Shown piece after piece: positions 48,987-59,609 of a stretch of DNA of 64,000 bases; within the stretch, counting starts at the first letter, position 1, and every line of letters begins with the position of its first letter. The stretch lies in the NCBI GenBank assembly GCA_002310415.1, contig DBYN01000006.1, positions 4,996 through 68,995 on the forward strand, in the 5' to 3' direction. A program made the position numbers and the translations under genes. The notes beneath the pieces were generated by a model. It did no database searches. It saw only the letters and a program-made list of their open reading frames with translations, and was not told the DNA's origin. Origin of the DNA: Alphaproteobacteria bacterium UBA1185. GTDB lineage: Bacteria > Pseudomonadota > Alphaproteobacteria > Rs-D84.

Positions 48987-50298
48987 TTTCGTTTTCCTTT
49001 AAACCAGATTTAATATCGCCAATTGCCAATGCAACAGCGGCCCGCTTTATGAACAAATCGTATTTAGCAGCATTATTTTGTTTTTGTGCATCAACCAATT
49101 CAGATTGTGCAGTTTGCCAATCTAACATTGTGCTGCGACCAACTTTGTACATACCAGATGTTACACGTTCGCTTTCTGTGGCAGATTTTAACAATGTTTC
49201 TGATTGATTCAAAACTGTTTTGGCAGTTTTATAATTTTGATACGCAGTAAATACGTCCAACATCGCATTATTCGAAACATTACGTTCACGATATTTTGCA
49301 TTATCATAATCTGCACCAGCAGAACGAGCATTATACATATTTGCAAATCCTGCGAATATTGGCATTGATACAGATACACCAAATCTGCCACTTACACGTT
49401 CAGACATATGTTCAAATAACCCACCCGCAGAATCGGCGGTTAATCCAGCAGTGCCAGTTAACGATACAGATGGTAAATTTTTCAAGAATGCAGAATTACG
49501 TTTATGCCATGCTGCACTTGTTTGCGCATTTGCCCTTAATAAATCTGGACGTTGTTTTTGTGCAATAGCGACCAATTCATCTATATTTTCCAATTCTGCA
49601 TCAGACCCAAAACTGGCAGGCATATCTTTGATTTTTATATCTTGATCAGCCGGAAAAGATAATGCGTTTAACAGTGTTCCTTTTGCAATTTCACGATTAT
49701 TTTTTGCACGTTCCAATGATAATTGCGAACTTGCCAACGTAGTATCTGCTTTGTACACATCAGCCTTGGCCACAACACCAGATTTAAATTTTTTATCTGC
49801 CGTATTTTTAGCGATCTGTGCCACAGTCAAAGCGGACACAGCCGATTTTACATTTGCATCAGCATTTAACAAAGAATAATACGCACCAATCACAGAATAT
49901 ACATAATTTTGAACCGTTTCATCATAATCAAAACCAGCGGCACGATACGTTGCCAGCGCCTGAGCAAAATCAGATTCGCGTTTACCAAAATCAAAAATTA
50001 AATACGATGCGGAAAGCGATGCATCATATTTCCATGCATCATGTTCAGTATGCAAACGACCCGCACCACCACTGGCATTAAAAGACGGCAAATATTTAGA
50101 ATATGCACTGTTTTTAGTATATTTTGACGATTGCAAAGATGCATACGCAGCGGCCGTTTGAGGATTACGGCACAAACCCATATTTAACACTTCTTGTAAT
50201 GTCATTTCTTTGTCTGGAACATGTCGCATCGTTGCGCAATCTTCTTCTGCAAAAGCGCATATTGGAACAAAAATCAGATAAAAACCCAGTTTTTTCAT
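48976..50298 (-). CDS. TolC-family outer membrane efflux protein
   Basis: 440 aa. Signal peptide, two repeated halves of long helical segments, typical LTLQEVLNMGLCRNP N-terminal motif. Confidence 0.85.
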   Translation of the reverse strand: MKKLGFYLIFVPICAFAEEDCATMRHVPDKEMTLQEVLNMGLCRNPQTAAAYASLQSSKYTKNSAYSKYLPSFNASGGAGRLHTEHDAWKYDASLSASYLIFDFGKRESDFAQALATYRAAGFDYDETVQNYVYSVIGAYYSLLNADANVKSAVSALTVAQIAKNTADKKFKSGVVAKADVYKADTTLASSQLSLERAKNNREIAKGTLLNALSFPADQDIKIKDMPASFGSDAELENIDELVAIAQKQRPDLLRANAQTSAAWHKRNSAFLKNLPSVSLTGTAGLTADSAGGLFEHMSERVSGRFGVSVSMPIFAGFANMYNARSAGADYDNAKYRERNVSNNAMLDVFTAYQNYKTAKTVLNQSETLLKSATESERVTSGMYKVGRSTMLDWQTAQSELVDAQKQNNAAKYDLFIKRAAVALAIGDIKSGLKENENEK

Positions 50299-50450
50299 AT
50301 AAAATCTCTCTCAGTTAAGACATTATTGCAAGATACGAACCTTTTTTCAATATGTTTTTTGGCATAAACATTTCTTCTTATTTTTTTATTTTTTTGATAT
50401 TTTTATGTTGAAATAGATTTATTTTTTGCGTAATATAACCTTACACAAAA

Positions 50451-50524
50451 GGCCAGGTGGCAGAGTGGTTATGCAGAGGACTGCAAATCCTTCTATGCCG
50501 GTTCGATTCCGACCCTGGCCTCCA
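50451..50524 (+). tRNA. tRNA-Cys (anticodon GCA), CCA encoded
   Basis: Manual cloverleaf: acceptor GGCCAGG/CCTGGCC, anticodon arm GAGGA-CTGCAAA-TCCTT, T loop TTCGATT (one T-stem mismatch), discriminator T, CCA. Confidence 0.85.
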
Positions 50525-50533
50525 CATTTTAAA

Positions 50534-51613
50534 ATGATAAATCAGATTACCCTTACTAATTTTAGAAATCATACTTGTTCAAGAATAACGACTTTTGGCC
50601 GTAAGAATATTATTATCACAGGTTTAAATGGGGCTGGTAAAACAGCAATCTTAGAAGCACTTTCGTTATTATCTGGTGAACGTGGATTACGTGGCGCAGA
50701 TATACAAATGCTGCCAAGATTTAATGGAGATGGTGGATTTTCTGTATTTGCAAATACCGATAATGATTCGGATATATGCGTTTTTTTAAATTCTGGTGAT
50801 GCAAACAGACATGCCAAAATTGATAACGAAAATTGTGCTTTATCTGATTTGGCTAAACAATTGCGTATCGTTTGGTTAACCCCAAAAGAAGATAGAATTT
50901 TTGTTGAATCAGCATCTGATAGGCGCGCTTTCTTTGACAGATTAGCTGCAAGTTTTGAACCTGCACACGTTGGTCGTATTACAAGATTAAATAAATTAAT
51001 GTCGGAAAGAGCTGGCGCAATAAAATCTGGCGCGGATGAAAATTGGTTAAATGCACTGGACACACAAATTGCGGCAACTTCTATTGCTGTTGGGGCAGGG
51101 CGTATCCGCTATGCAGCAGAAATTAACTATTTTTTTGAAACTGGGGCTGTATCTGTTGATGGTACGATTGAACGATTGATAATAGAAAACACATCAACAA
51201 ATGCAGAAAAGATTTATTTCGAATATCTAACAAAAAATCGCGAATTAATTGGTGATAAAATGGTTATTGACGGTGTTCATAAATCTGATTTTGGTGTATT
51301 TAATAAAAAATTGAATTTGCCAGCCCAAATAACCAGTACGGGTCAACAAAAATCTATATTGATAGATTTGATTTTGGCACACGCAAAATTAATTCATATA
51401 AAAACTGGGAAAAAACCTTTGATTTTACTGGACGAAGCCGCGGCTCATTTGGATAATACGGCACGATTAAAATTATTTAACGAATTAAATCAATCTGATG
51501 CCCAGGTCTGGGCGACAGGTTTAGATATAACAATATTTCAAAATGTACCAAATGCTTTATTTGTTACTTGCCAAGACGGCTGTATTAGTAATATAGTATT
51601 ATCCGGAGAATAA
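50534..51613 (+). CDS. recF: DNA replication and repair protein RecF
   Basis: MINQITLTNFRNH start, Walker A GLNGAGKTAILEAL, late LLDEAAAHLD. The ORF-track start 50426 runs through the tRNA-Cys gene, so I reject it. Confidence 0.9.
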   Translation: MINQITLTNFRNHTCSRITTFGRKNIIITGLNGAGKTAILEALSLLSGERGLRGADIQMLPRFNGDGGFSVFANTDNDSDICVFLNSGDANRHAKIDNENCALSDLAKQLRIVWLTPKEDRIFVESASDRRAFFDRLAASFEPAHVGRITRLNKLMSERAGAIKSGADENWLNALDTQIAATSIAVGAGRIRYAAEINYFFETGAVSVDGTIERLIIENTSTNAEKIYFEYLTKNRELIGDKMVIDGVHKSDFGVFNKKLNLPAQITSTGQQKSILIDLILAHAKLIHIKTGKKPLILLDEAAAHLDNTARLKLFNELNQSDAQVWATGLDITIFQNVPNALFVTCQDGCISNIVLSGE

Positions 51614-51616
51614 AAA

Positions 51617-52087
51617 ATGCACAAAATAGATTATCAAAAATTATTAGATGATGCGTTGAAATCTGTCGTCAAAGAAGCCTTGCTTTATGCACAATTCAAT
51701 GGCCTTGGTGATGATGCTGGATTTTTTATAACTTTTAAAACACGTGATCCGGGTGTTGTATTACCTGATTTTTTGCGTATACGTTATCCAGACATAATGA
51801 CGATTGTGTTGCAATATTCGTATAATAATCTTAATGTTTCAGATAAAGAATTTGGTGTTCAATTAACTTTTGATGGCCGTCCGTTTTTTATTCGTGTTCC
51901 ATTTTCTGCATTGGTTGAATTCAAAGACCCATCGACTGAATTTATGTTATCTTTTCATCCTAAACAACCATCTACTGCGAACGCAGATAATGACATTGAA
52001 TTACCATTAGAAGAAAAACAAAACACTGTTCCAGACGACAAACGAATTGTTTCTTTGGATGAATTTAGAAAAAAGAAAAATAAGTAA
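51617..52087 (+). CDS. sspB: Alpha-type SspB-like ClpXP adaptor
   Basis: FFITFKTRDPGVVLPDFLRIRYPDIMTIVLQYSYNNLNV...FSALVEFKDPS matches my memory of alphaproteobacterial SspB. The C-terminal IVSLDEFRKKK resembles the ClpX-binding tail. Confidence 0.6.
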   Translation: MHKIDYQKLLDDALKSVVKEALLYAQFNGLGDDAGFFITFKTRDPGVVLPDFLRIRYPDIMTIVLQYSYNNLNVSDKEFGVQLTFDGRPFFIRVPFSALVEFKDPSTEFMLSFHPKQPSTANADNDIELPLEEKQNTVPDDKRIVSLDEFRKKKNK

Positions 52088-52090
52088 AAT

Positions 52091-52351
52091 CTATTTTTCT
52101 TTTGCTTTTTTACTTGCCCATGGGCAAAAATTACTTGGGTCCATAAAACCAGCAATAAGGAATTTATTATATAATTTTTGAACTTTGTCGTATGTCGCAT
52201 CTTTTGGAACAATAAACTTAACCCCATTGAAATCTGCAAATACACTTTTATGATTGTCTTTACAAAATTCCATAACTTTGTTAATAGATTTTTCCAAAGA
52301 ATCTTTGGGTTCTGCTGTCCAAGAAAGTACTCCGGGACTTGTATTACTCAT
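52091..52351 (-). CDS. Hypothetical protein (86 aa)
   Basis: ORF 23 nt downstream of accC. No signal peptide and no recognised motif. Confidence 0.4.
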   Translation of the reverse strand: MSNTSPGVLSWTAEPKDSLEKSINKVMEFCKDNHKSVFADFNGVKFIVPKDATYDKVQKLYNKFLIAGFMDPSNFCPWASKKAKEK

Positions 52352-52374
52352 TTTTTATCCTTATTCTGTCAATA

Positions 52375-53745
52375 TTATTCTGATGTTTTTTGTTCTGATT
52401 TTTCAGATTCTAAAAATTGTTCCAACCAATGATTATCTGTTTTTAATTGGCGAACATCTGAATTAGTCAGTAATTTTTTCTGCAAAGGAATTGTCGTTTT
52501 AATACCCTCAATCACGAATTCATCCAGCGCACGCTCTGCACGCATAATGCAAGCAGTTCTGGATTGCGCATGAACAATCAATTTTGCAATCATTGAATCG
52601 TATGTTGATGGTATAGTATATCCGCTGTATACAGCAGAATCTACACGTACACCCAATCCACCAGACGGTGCATACAATGTTATTTTACCAGGATTTGGAA
52701 TAAAGTTTTCTGGGTCTTCTGCATTTATACGAAATTCAATTGCATGTCCATGTGGAACAACATTAGATTGTGTATAACCCAACTTTTCACCTGCGGCAAT
52801 TCTGATTTGCTCACGTACCAAATCAACACCATAAACCATTTCAGTTACTGGATGTTCAACTTGTAATCTGGTATTCATTTCCAAGAAATAAAATTTGCCA
52901 TCTTCGAACATAAACTCAAATGTTCCGGCATTTGTATAACCCATTTTCTTAGCAGCGGTCTTGCAAATTTCAATCATATCATCACGTTGCTTTTGTGTTA
53001 ACACAGACGCAGGGCATTCTTCCATAACTTTTTGATTTTTACGTTGCAAAGAACAATCACGTTCACCAAAAATCACAACATTTCCATGCGCATCACCCAA
53101 AACCTGAAATTCAATATGACGTGGATGCAATAATAATTTTTCCATATACAAAGTATCATCTCCAAACGCAGCCTTCGATTCCGCTTTGGTTAATGGAAAC
53201 GCTTCACGTAATTCTTCTTCATTATGAACCGCACGCATTCCGCGACCACCACCACCAGCAGCAGCCTTTATCATCACAGGATACCCAATTTTATCGGCCC
53301 ATATAATTGCATCTTCAATTGCATTTATAGCGCCATCAGACCCCGGTACAACAGGCAACCCACATTTTATCGCAGTTTGTTTCGCGTTTACTTTATCACC
53401 CATTTTACGAATCATATCTGCACTGGGTCCAATCCAAATTAAATCATGCTGTTCAACTTTCTCGACAAAATCTGCACGTTCAGATAAAAAACCGTATCCC
53501 GGGTGTATAGCATCCGCATTGGTTAACAGCGCAGCGGTTAAAATTGCAGATTCATTTAAATATGATTCTGATGAAGGTGCCGGTCCAATACACACAGATT
53601 CATCCGCCAATTTAACGTGCATAGCATCTTTGTCAGCCGTTGAATACACAGCAACAGTTCTTATACCCATATCACGACATGCTCGAATGATTCGTAATGC
53701 AATTTCACCACGATTAGCAATTAAAACTTTCTTTATTTGTGGCAT
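52375..53745 (-). CDS. accC: Acetyl-CoA carboxylase biotin carboxylase subunit
   Basis: MPQIKKVLIANRGEIALRI..., ATP-grasp GGGGRGMR, EMNTRLQVEHPVTE. Confidence 0.95.
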   Translation of the reverse strand: MPQIKKVLIANRGEIALRIIRACRDMGIRTVAVYSTADKDAMHVKLADESVCIGPAPSSESYLNESAILTAALLTNADAIHPGYGFLSERADFVEKVEQHDLIWIGPSADMIRKMGDKVNAKQTAIKCGLPVVPGSDGAINAIEDAIIWADKIGYPVMIKAAAGGGGRGMRAVHNEEELREAFPLTKAESKAAFGDDTLYMEKLLLHPRHIEFQVLGDAHGNVVIFGERDCSLQRKNQKVMEECPASVLTQKQRDDMIEICKTAAKKMGYTNAGTFEFMFEDGKFYFLEMNTRLQVEHPVTEMVYGVDLVREQIRIAAGEKLGYTQSNVVPHGHAIEFRINAEDPENFIPNPGKITLYAPSGGLGVRVDSAVYSGYTIPSTYDSMIAKLIVHAQSRTACIMRAERALDEFVIEGIKTTIPLQKKLLTNSDVRQLKTDNHWLEQFLESEKSEQKTSE

Positions 53746-53752
53746 GGAAAAC

Positions 53753-54181
53753 CTATTCTATTATTGCAATTGGTGAATCAAATTCAACAGCCGCAGTATC
53801 TGAAACCAAAATTTCTTTGACAACACCGTCAACATCAGATTTGATTGGGTTAAATGTCTTCATCGCCTCTACCAATGCGATAGTATCCCCAACTTTGACA
53901 GAATCACCAACTTCTACAAAATGTTTCGCGCCGGGTTCAGGTGCCAAATAAACAACACCAACCATCGGTGATTTTACAACATGCCCAGATATTTTATTTT
54001 GGTCACATTTTTGTTGAGCAGAAACAAAACCAACAGGCGCCGCCACAGTTTGTTGCTTAGATAAATGTATATGTTTACGATATAAACCCAACAATAACTG
54101 TCGTTCTATATCTAATTCTGTTATGCCCATTTCATCCATCAATTTGGACATATTTTCAACAGTCGCTCTAAAAGATGTCAT
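53753..54181 (-). CDS. accB: Acetyl-CoA carboxylase biotin carboxyl carrier protein
   Basis: 142 aa. Biotinyl-lysine context LVEAMKTFNPI (canonical EAMKxxN). Confidence 0.9.
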   Translation of the reverse strand: MTSFRATVENMSKLMDEMGITELDIERQLLLGLYRKHIHLSKQQTVAAPVGFVSAQQKCDQNKISGHVVKSPMVGVVYLAPEPGAKHFVEVGDSVKVGDTIALVEAMKTFNPIKSDVDGVVKEILVSDTAAVEFDSPIAIIE

Positions 54182-54240
54182 TATTAAAAATCCTTTTTAT
54201 GTTTTACGTTAGATTAATTTTATCATATTGATTTGCTATG

Positions 54241-54477
54241 TCAAGGCACAGGGTCGTATCCGCACCCACCCCCAGGTCGACATCTGGAAATACGCTTTAT
54301 ACCCATATATACCCCCCGGAAAAAACCATATTTAATCAGCGCTTGGCGTGTATATTCACTGCACGTAGGTATAAATCTGCATGCTGCACCACCACCAATA
54401 AATGGGGATATACATTTTTGATATATCCGCACCATAAAACAGCCAATATTGGTAAATATGTTGTATTTATTTTTCAT
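54241..54477 (-). CDS. yidD: Membrane protein insertion efficiency factor YidD
   Basis: YQKCISPF...CRFIPTCSEYTRQAL..G...G.....RISRCRP.GGCGYDPVP. Confidence 0.9.
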   Translation of the reverse strand: MKNKYNIFTNIGCFMVRIYQKCISPFIGGGAACRFIPTCSEYTRQALIKYGFFRGVYMGIKRISRCRPGGGCGYDPVP

Positions 54478-54817
54478 TGTGAATATGTATTTGCGCGATT
54501 TTACTTAAAGCCTGATACATTTGAGCACGACCAGTCTCACAATTGCAATTCAAAATGTTTATCCGTGCAATAAATATATAGTCTAAATCTGGCAACATTA
54601 ATTCTTCGTTAAAAGCCAACCAATCACGTAATAAACGCTTGGCACGATTTCTATGTACAGCCAATTTAAAAGTGCGTTTGGCGGCAACCAAACCATATCT
54701 ACCATCGTTTTCATATTTAGCAGATTTGGCTTTTAAAACAAAACACCCCATATGCACCACTAAATCATCTGGTGTTGTTAAAAAATCTTTATGATTAAGT
54801 ATTGTTTTGTGTTTCAT
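54467..54817 (-). CDS. rnpA: Ribonuclease P protein component
   Basis: 116 aa, basic. KRTFKLAVHRNRAKRLLRDW matches the RNR motif region. Upstream of yidD, as is usual. Confidence 0.85.
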   Translation of the reverse strand: MKHKTILNHKDFLTTPDDLVVHMGCFVLKAKSAKYENDGRYGLVAAKRTFKLAVHRNRAKRLLRDWLAFNEELMLPDLDYIFIARINILNCNCETGRAQMYQALSKIAQIHIHNEK

Positions 54818-54879
54818 GTTACAAATAATAGCAAAATATCTTAGTTTTCAAATAAAAAAGTAAAAATTATTCCCAACAC

Positions 54880-55986
<1,107 letters not shown>

Positions 55987-55999
55987 AAAGGGGTTGCAT

Positions 56000-56311
56000 A
56001 TGATATTCAAAAGAAATTACATCATAGATATAGAACAAGACGGGGCAGCAATACATAGTTTTTCGTGTGATTATTGTAAGCACAACCCGAAATGTTTGGG
56101 AATATTTTGTAAACTTCGTTGGAAACTTCATAAACTAGGTCTTAGCTATAAAAAAATATATAAAAATTATTACAGATATACAAATAATCGTATCCCTTTG
56201 CGTGGTTATGCTTTATCTTATGATGATTTGAAGAAACTGAAAAACAAGTGGGATACCTTGCATGGTAATGTGCTTGTAAAAAAGGGCGCAATTATACTAA
56301 ACAACCGATAA
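56000..56311 (+). CDS. Hypothetical small basic Cys-containing protein (103 aa)
   Basis: ATG at 56000 preceded by AAAAAGGGG. MIFKRNYIIDIEQDGAAIHSFSCDYCKHNPKCLGIFCKLRW... The ORF-track start 55826 overlaps mreB. Confidence 0.4.
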   Translation: MIFKRNYIIDIEQDGAAIHSFSCDYCKHNPKCLGIFCKLRWKLHKLGLSYKKIYKNYYRYTNNRIPLRGYALSYDDLKKLKNKWDTLHGNVLVKKGAIILNNR

Positions 56312-56389
56312 ACTAAATAAAAAATACGGGTGTATATCAGTATTTTTATTTGCAAATCCAAAATAAGTTGTTATAATTTGTTCTGTTTC

Positions 56390-56466
56390 GGACGGTTAGC
56401 TCAGTTGGCTAGAGCGTTACGTTGACATCGTAGAGGTCGTTGGTTCGAGCCCAATACCGTCCACCA
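56390..56466 (+). tRNA. tRNA-Val (anticodon GAC), CCA encoded
   Basis: Manual cloverleaf: acceptor GGACGGT/ACCGTCC, D arm GCTC-AGTTGGCTA-GAGC, anticodon arm TTACG-TTGACAT-CGTAG, T arm GTTGG-TTCGAGC-CCAAT, ACCA. Confidence 0.9.
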
Positions 56467-56620
56467 CAAATTTTCACCGAAGCGCAGCAAATTCTTGGAA
56501 ACGAGTTTCAAGTTTTAAAAATTGCGAATGCGGACCAAAAATATGAAAAAACATAAAAAAAGAAACCAATAACTATGCGAATGTATAAATAATCTTTATA
56601 AAAAACTTTACGGGAATTTG

Positions 56621-56644
56621 AAACACCCGTTTTGGGTGTTTTTC
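56621..56644 (+). terminator. Intrinsic terminator-like hairpin with no annotated gene upstream
   Basis: ACACCC-GTTTT-GGGTGT-TTTTC, 155 nt after tRNA-Val and 17 nt before the metG ATG. Confidence 0.5.
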
Positions 56645-56661
56645 TATAAAAAGGATTACAA

Positions 56662-58638
56662 ATGGCACAAAAATATTTAATTACATCTGCATTACCTTAC
56701 GTTAACGGTGAATTACACCTTGGACATTTGGTTGGTTGTTGGTTACCAAGCGATGTATATGCAAGATTCTGTCGTGCCATGGGTCGTGATGTGTTATATG
56801 TTTGTGGTGCAGATGAACATGGGACACCGGCTATTGTTGGGGCTGCACGCGAAAATATACCCGTTAAAGAATATAATGATAAATATTATGAAAAGCATTT
56901 ACGCGCTGTGTCCGATTTCAATTTATCTTTTGATTTATATGGTCGCACACACACAGATTTACAAGAAAAATTGGTTCACGATTTGTTTACGCGTCTTGAC
57001 GAACAAGGCTTAATCGAAGAACGTGAAACAGTGCAACCTTTTTCAATCGATGATAATATGTTTTTAACGGACAGACAATTGATTGGAACATGCCCAAAAT
57101 GCGGTTATGACAAAGCGCGTGGCGACCAATGCGACAAATGTGGTTCTATATACGAAGCAACAGAATTGTTAAATCCGAAATCTACTGTTTCTGGTTCAAG
57201 TAACATTGAAAATCGTCCAACAAAGAATTTATTTTTCTTGGCATCAAATGTTGAAAATGCCTGGAAAGAATGGTTATCTGAACATGCACCAAAATGGTCA
57301 AAAACTGCATCATCTATTGCCAAGGCTTGGGCGAACGAGGGTTTGCGCGATACATCTATTACACGCGATTTATCTTGGGGAATTTCTGTAAATAAACCTG
57401 GGTATGAAAATAAAGTTTTTTATGTTTGGTTTGATGCGCCATGGGGATACGTTTCTATATCTCAGGCCGCAAACAAAGATTGGGCAACTTGGTGGAAAAA
57501 TCCAGATTGTTTTTATGCACAATTTATGGGCAAAGATAACGTAAAATTTCATTCTGTGTATTTTCCAGAACAAGAATTGGCTATGAATGATAATTGGAAA
57601 ACCGTAGATATGTTGAAATCTATGAATTTTCTTAATTTTGCTGGCGGTAAATTTTCTAAATCCGAAGGTCGCGGAATATTTTTGGACAAAGCAATTAACA
57701 TTGCACCAAGTGATTGTTGGCGTTATACTTTGATGGCATCTGCCCCAGAAACAGACGATACAGATTTTACAATTGAACGTTTTGCAGATATTGTTAACAA
57801 AGATTTAAATGGCATATTGGGAAATTTTGTTTCACGTGTATGTAAATTAAGTGCTAAAAATTTCGGCTATACAGTGCCACGTGCAGGTGATATCGATTCT
57901 TATGTAATCGAACAATTAAATGAAAAATTAAATGATTTAACAGACGCACTTGATAAATGTGAATTTCGGGATGCAATATTCGCGTTGCGTTCTTTGTGGG
58001 CGATTGGCAATGAATATATGACAATCAAAGAACCCTGGGCTTTGGTCAAAGACGGCAAAATGGTTGAAGCAGAACATGTATTAAATACTTGTTTTCAACT
58101 GATTGATTTTTATGCGCGCGTATCTGCACCGTTTATACCAGACACAGCAGAAAAAATGCAAAATATTTTTGCAACTAAATACGATTTATCTTGGCCAAAA
58201 CAATTTGAAGCCCGCATAAAAAGTGGCACAGAATTTATTATTCCAGATAATTTATTTGAAAGAATTGATGATGACAAAGTTAAAGAATTGGTTGAAAAAT
58301 ATTCGTCTGTAAACAAACAACCAAAAATAATAGTTGTAAAAGTTATTGATGTAAAAAAACATCCAAATCGCGAAGATTTGCATATTGTTACAATTGATGA
58401 TGGTAATACAACCCAGGATATAGTATGTGGTGCATCAAACGTTCACAAAGATATGTTGACTGCGTTTGCGCCAGTCGGGGCAATTTTACCAAAGACAGGA
58501 AAGGCAATTAAAGAACGTTTGGTTTCAGGCGTTGAATCCAAAGGTATGCTTTGTAGTGGCGCAGAATTAAACTTGTCAGACGATGACATAAATATTTATG
58601 AAATTACCGATAAAAAACCAGGACAGGTATTAAAATGA
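56662..58638 (+). CDS. metG: Methionine--tRNA ligase with C-terminal tRNA-binding (Trbp111-like) domain
   Basis: 658 aa. HIGH-type motif (GELHLGHLVG), zinc knuckles CPKCGY...CDKCG, KFSKS (KMSKS) motif. C-terminal HPNREDLHIVTIDDG...CGASNV OB-fold domain. Confidence 0.95.
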   Translation: MAQKYLITSALPYVNGELHLGHLVGCWLPSDVYARFCRAMGRDVLYVCGADEHGTPAIVGAARENIPVKEYNDKYYEKHLRAVSDFNLSFDLYGRTHTDLQEKLVHDLFTRLDEQGLIEERETVQPFSIDDNMFLTDRQLIGTCPKCGYDKARGDQCDKCGSIYEATELLNPKSTVSGSSNIENRPTKNLFFLASNVENAWKEWLSEHAPKWSKTASSIAKAWANEGLRDTSITRDLSWGISVNKPGYENKVFYVWFDAPWGYVSISQAANKDWATWWKNPDCFYAQFMGKDNVKFHSVYFPEQELAMNDNWKTVDMLKSMNFLNFAGGKFSKSEGRGIFLDKAINIAPSDCWRYTLMASAPETDDTDFTIERFADIVNKDLNGILGNFVSRVCKLSAKNFGYTVPRAGDIDSYVIEQLNEKLNDLTDALDKCEFRDAIFALRSLWAIGNEYMTIKEPWALVKDGKMVEAEHVLNTCFQLIDFYARVSAPFIPDTAEKMQNIFATKYDLSWPKQFEARIKSGTEFIIPDNLFERIDDDKVKELVEKYSSVNKQPKIIVVKVIDVKKHPNREDLHIVTIDDGNTTQDIVCGASNVHKDMLTAFAPVGAILPKTGKAIKERLVSGVESKGMLCSGAELNLSDDDINIYEITDKKPGQVLK

Positions 58639-59003
58639 AAAACATTATACAACAAAACATTATACAACAAGATATCGCCTTGCGAAGACAAGAACATGTA
58701 ATTTTCAGTCCATCATCTACAAAACCGGCATACAGTAATATTCAAATATATAATTCACACCAAGTTTGGTTATTTGATTTTTCATGCAATAAATGTGTAA
58801 ATAAAAAATATTGTTCTGAACCAGAACAAAAATGTACTCACTGTGAAATTGACGATGCCATCATAAAATCTGGTGTCTTTGACATACAAGCGCAAATTCA
58901 TGGCACAAAGATATCAACATATATTATTAATACAGATGAATGCGACTATCTGGATGTCGCACTTTTAGCCATACAAAGAATAGAAAAAGAATATTATCGT
59001 TAA
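58635..59003 (+). CDS. Hypothetical protein (122 aa) with Cys cluster
   Basis: The ATG overlaps the metG TGA (ATGA). NIIQQNIIQQ is encoded by a perfect 15-nt tandem duplication (58641-58670). CNKC...C...CTHC cluster. Confidence 0.45.
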   Translation: MKNIIQQNIIQQDIALRRQEHVIFSPSSTKPAYSNIQIYNSHQVWLFDFSCNKCVNKKYCSEPEQKCTHCEIDDAIIKSGVFDIQAQIHGTKISTYIINTDECDYLDVALLAIQRIEKEYYR

Positions 59004-59004
59004 A

Positions 59005-59541
59005 ATGGGTGGTATTCGTTTGATTTTGATGTCTTGTTGTGCGCCATGTTCATGTGGTGCTGTTCAACAACTTGTAAACGGCGAAATATGCGGTATAGAC
59101 GATTTTATCGTTATGTTTTTTAACCCAAATATTTTTCCAGAAACTGAATATCAAAAAAGATTAAACGAACAAATTAAATACTGTGAAAAAATTGGCGTTA
59201 AATATGTTATTGGCGATTATGACCATGATAAATGGAAAAAAGAAATCGCTGGACTTGAAAACGAACCAGAACGCGGCGCACGGTGCAGTAAATGTTTTGC
59301 GTATCGTTTTTGTTATGCACGTGATTATGCTAAAAAACATGGTTTTAATGCTATTACCTCTGTATTTGGTGTATCAAAGTATAAAAATCAGGCTCAGGTT
59401 GACGATGCTGGTAAAGAATCTTGCGCTGAAATAGAATATTTGCCGGTCGATTGGAACGAAAAATTACGTCAATCCATAAATCACGAATCTGATTTTTATC
59501 GTCAAAAATATTGTGGTTGTGAATTTTCTATACGTAAATAA
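59005..59541 (+). CDS. queH: Epoxyqueuosine reductase QueH (DUF208)
   Basis: LMSCCAPCS, ARCSKCFAYRF and YCGCEFS, the conserved Cys motifs of QueH. Confidence 0.85.
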   Translation: MGGIRLILMSCCAPCSCGAVQQLVNGEICGIDDFIVMFFNPNIFPETEYQKRLNEQIKYCEKIGVKYVIGDYDHDKWKKEIAGLENEPERGARCSKCFAYRFCYARDYAKKHGFNAITSVFGVSKYKNQAQVDDAGKESCAEIEYLPVDWNEKLRQSINHESDFYRQKYCGCEFSIRK

Positions 59542-59609
59542 ATATTTAATAATTTGATTTTTGCTTTTAATTTCCTATAATTTTATACAAAACAAACAAA
59601 AGGACGATT

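Noticed and set aside
50426-50533. The ORF-track N-terminal extension of recF.
   Set aside because: It runs straight through the tRNA-Cys gene (50451-50524). The conserved RecF N-terminus MINQITLTNFRNH begins at 50534.
53753-54181. The AccB biotinylation motif reads EAMKTFN rather than the canonical EAMKMMN.
   Set aside because: The target Lys and the flanking Ala-Met are retained, so this is within normal family variation.
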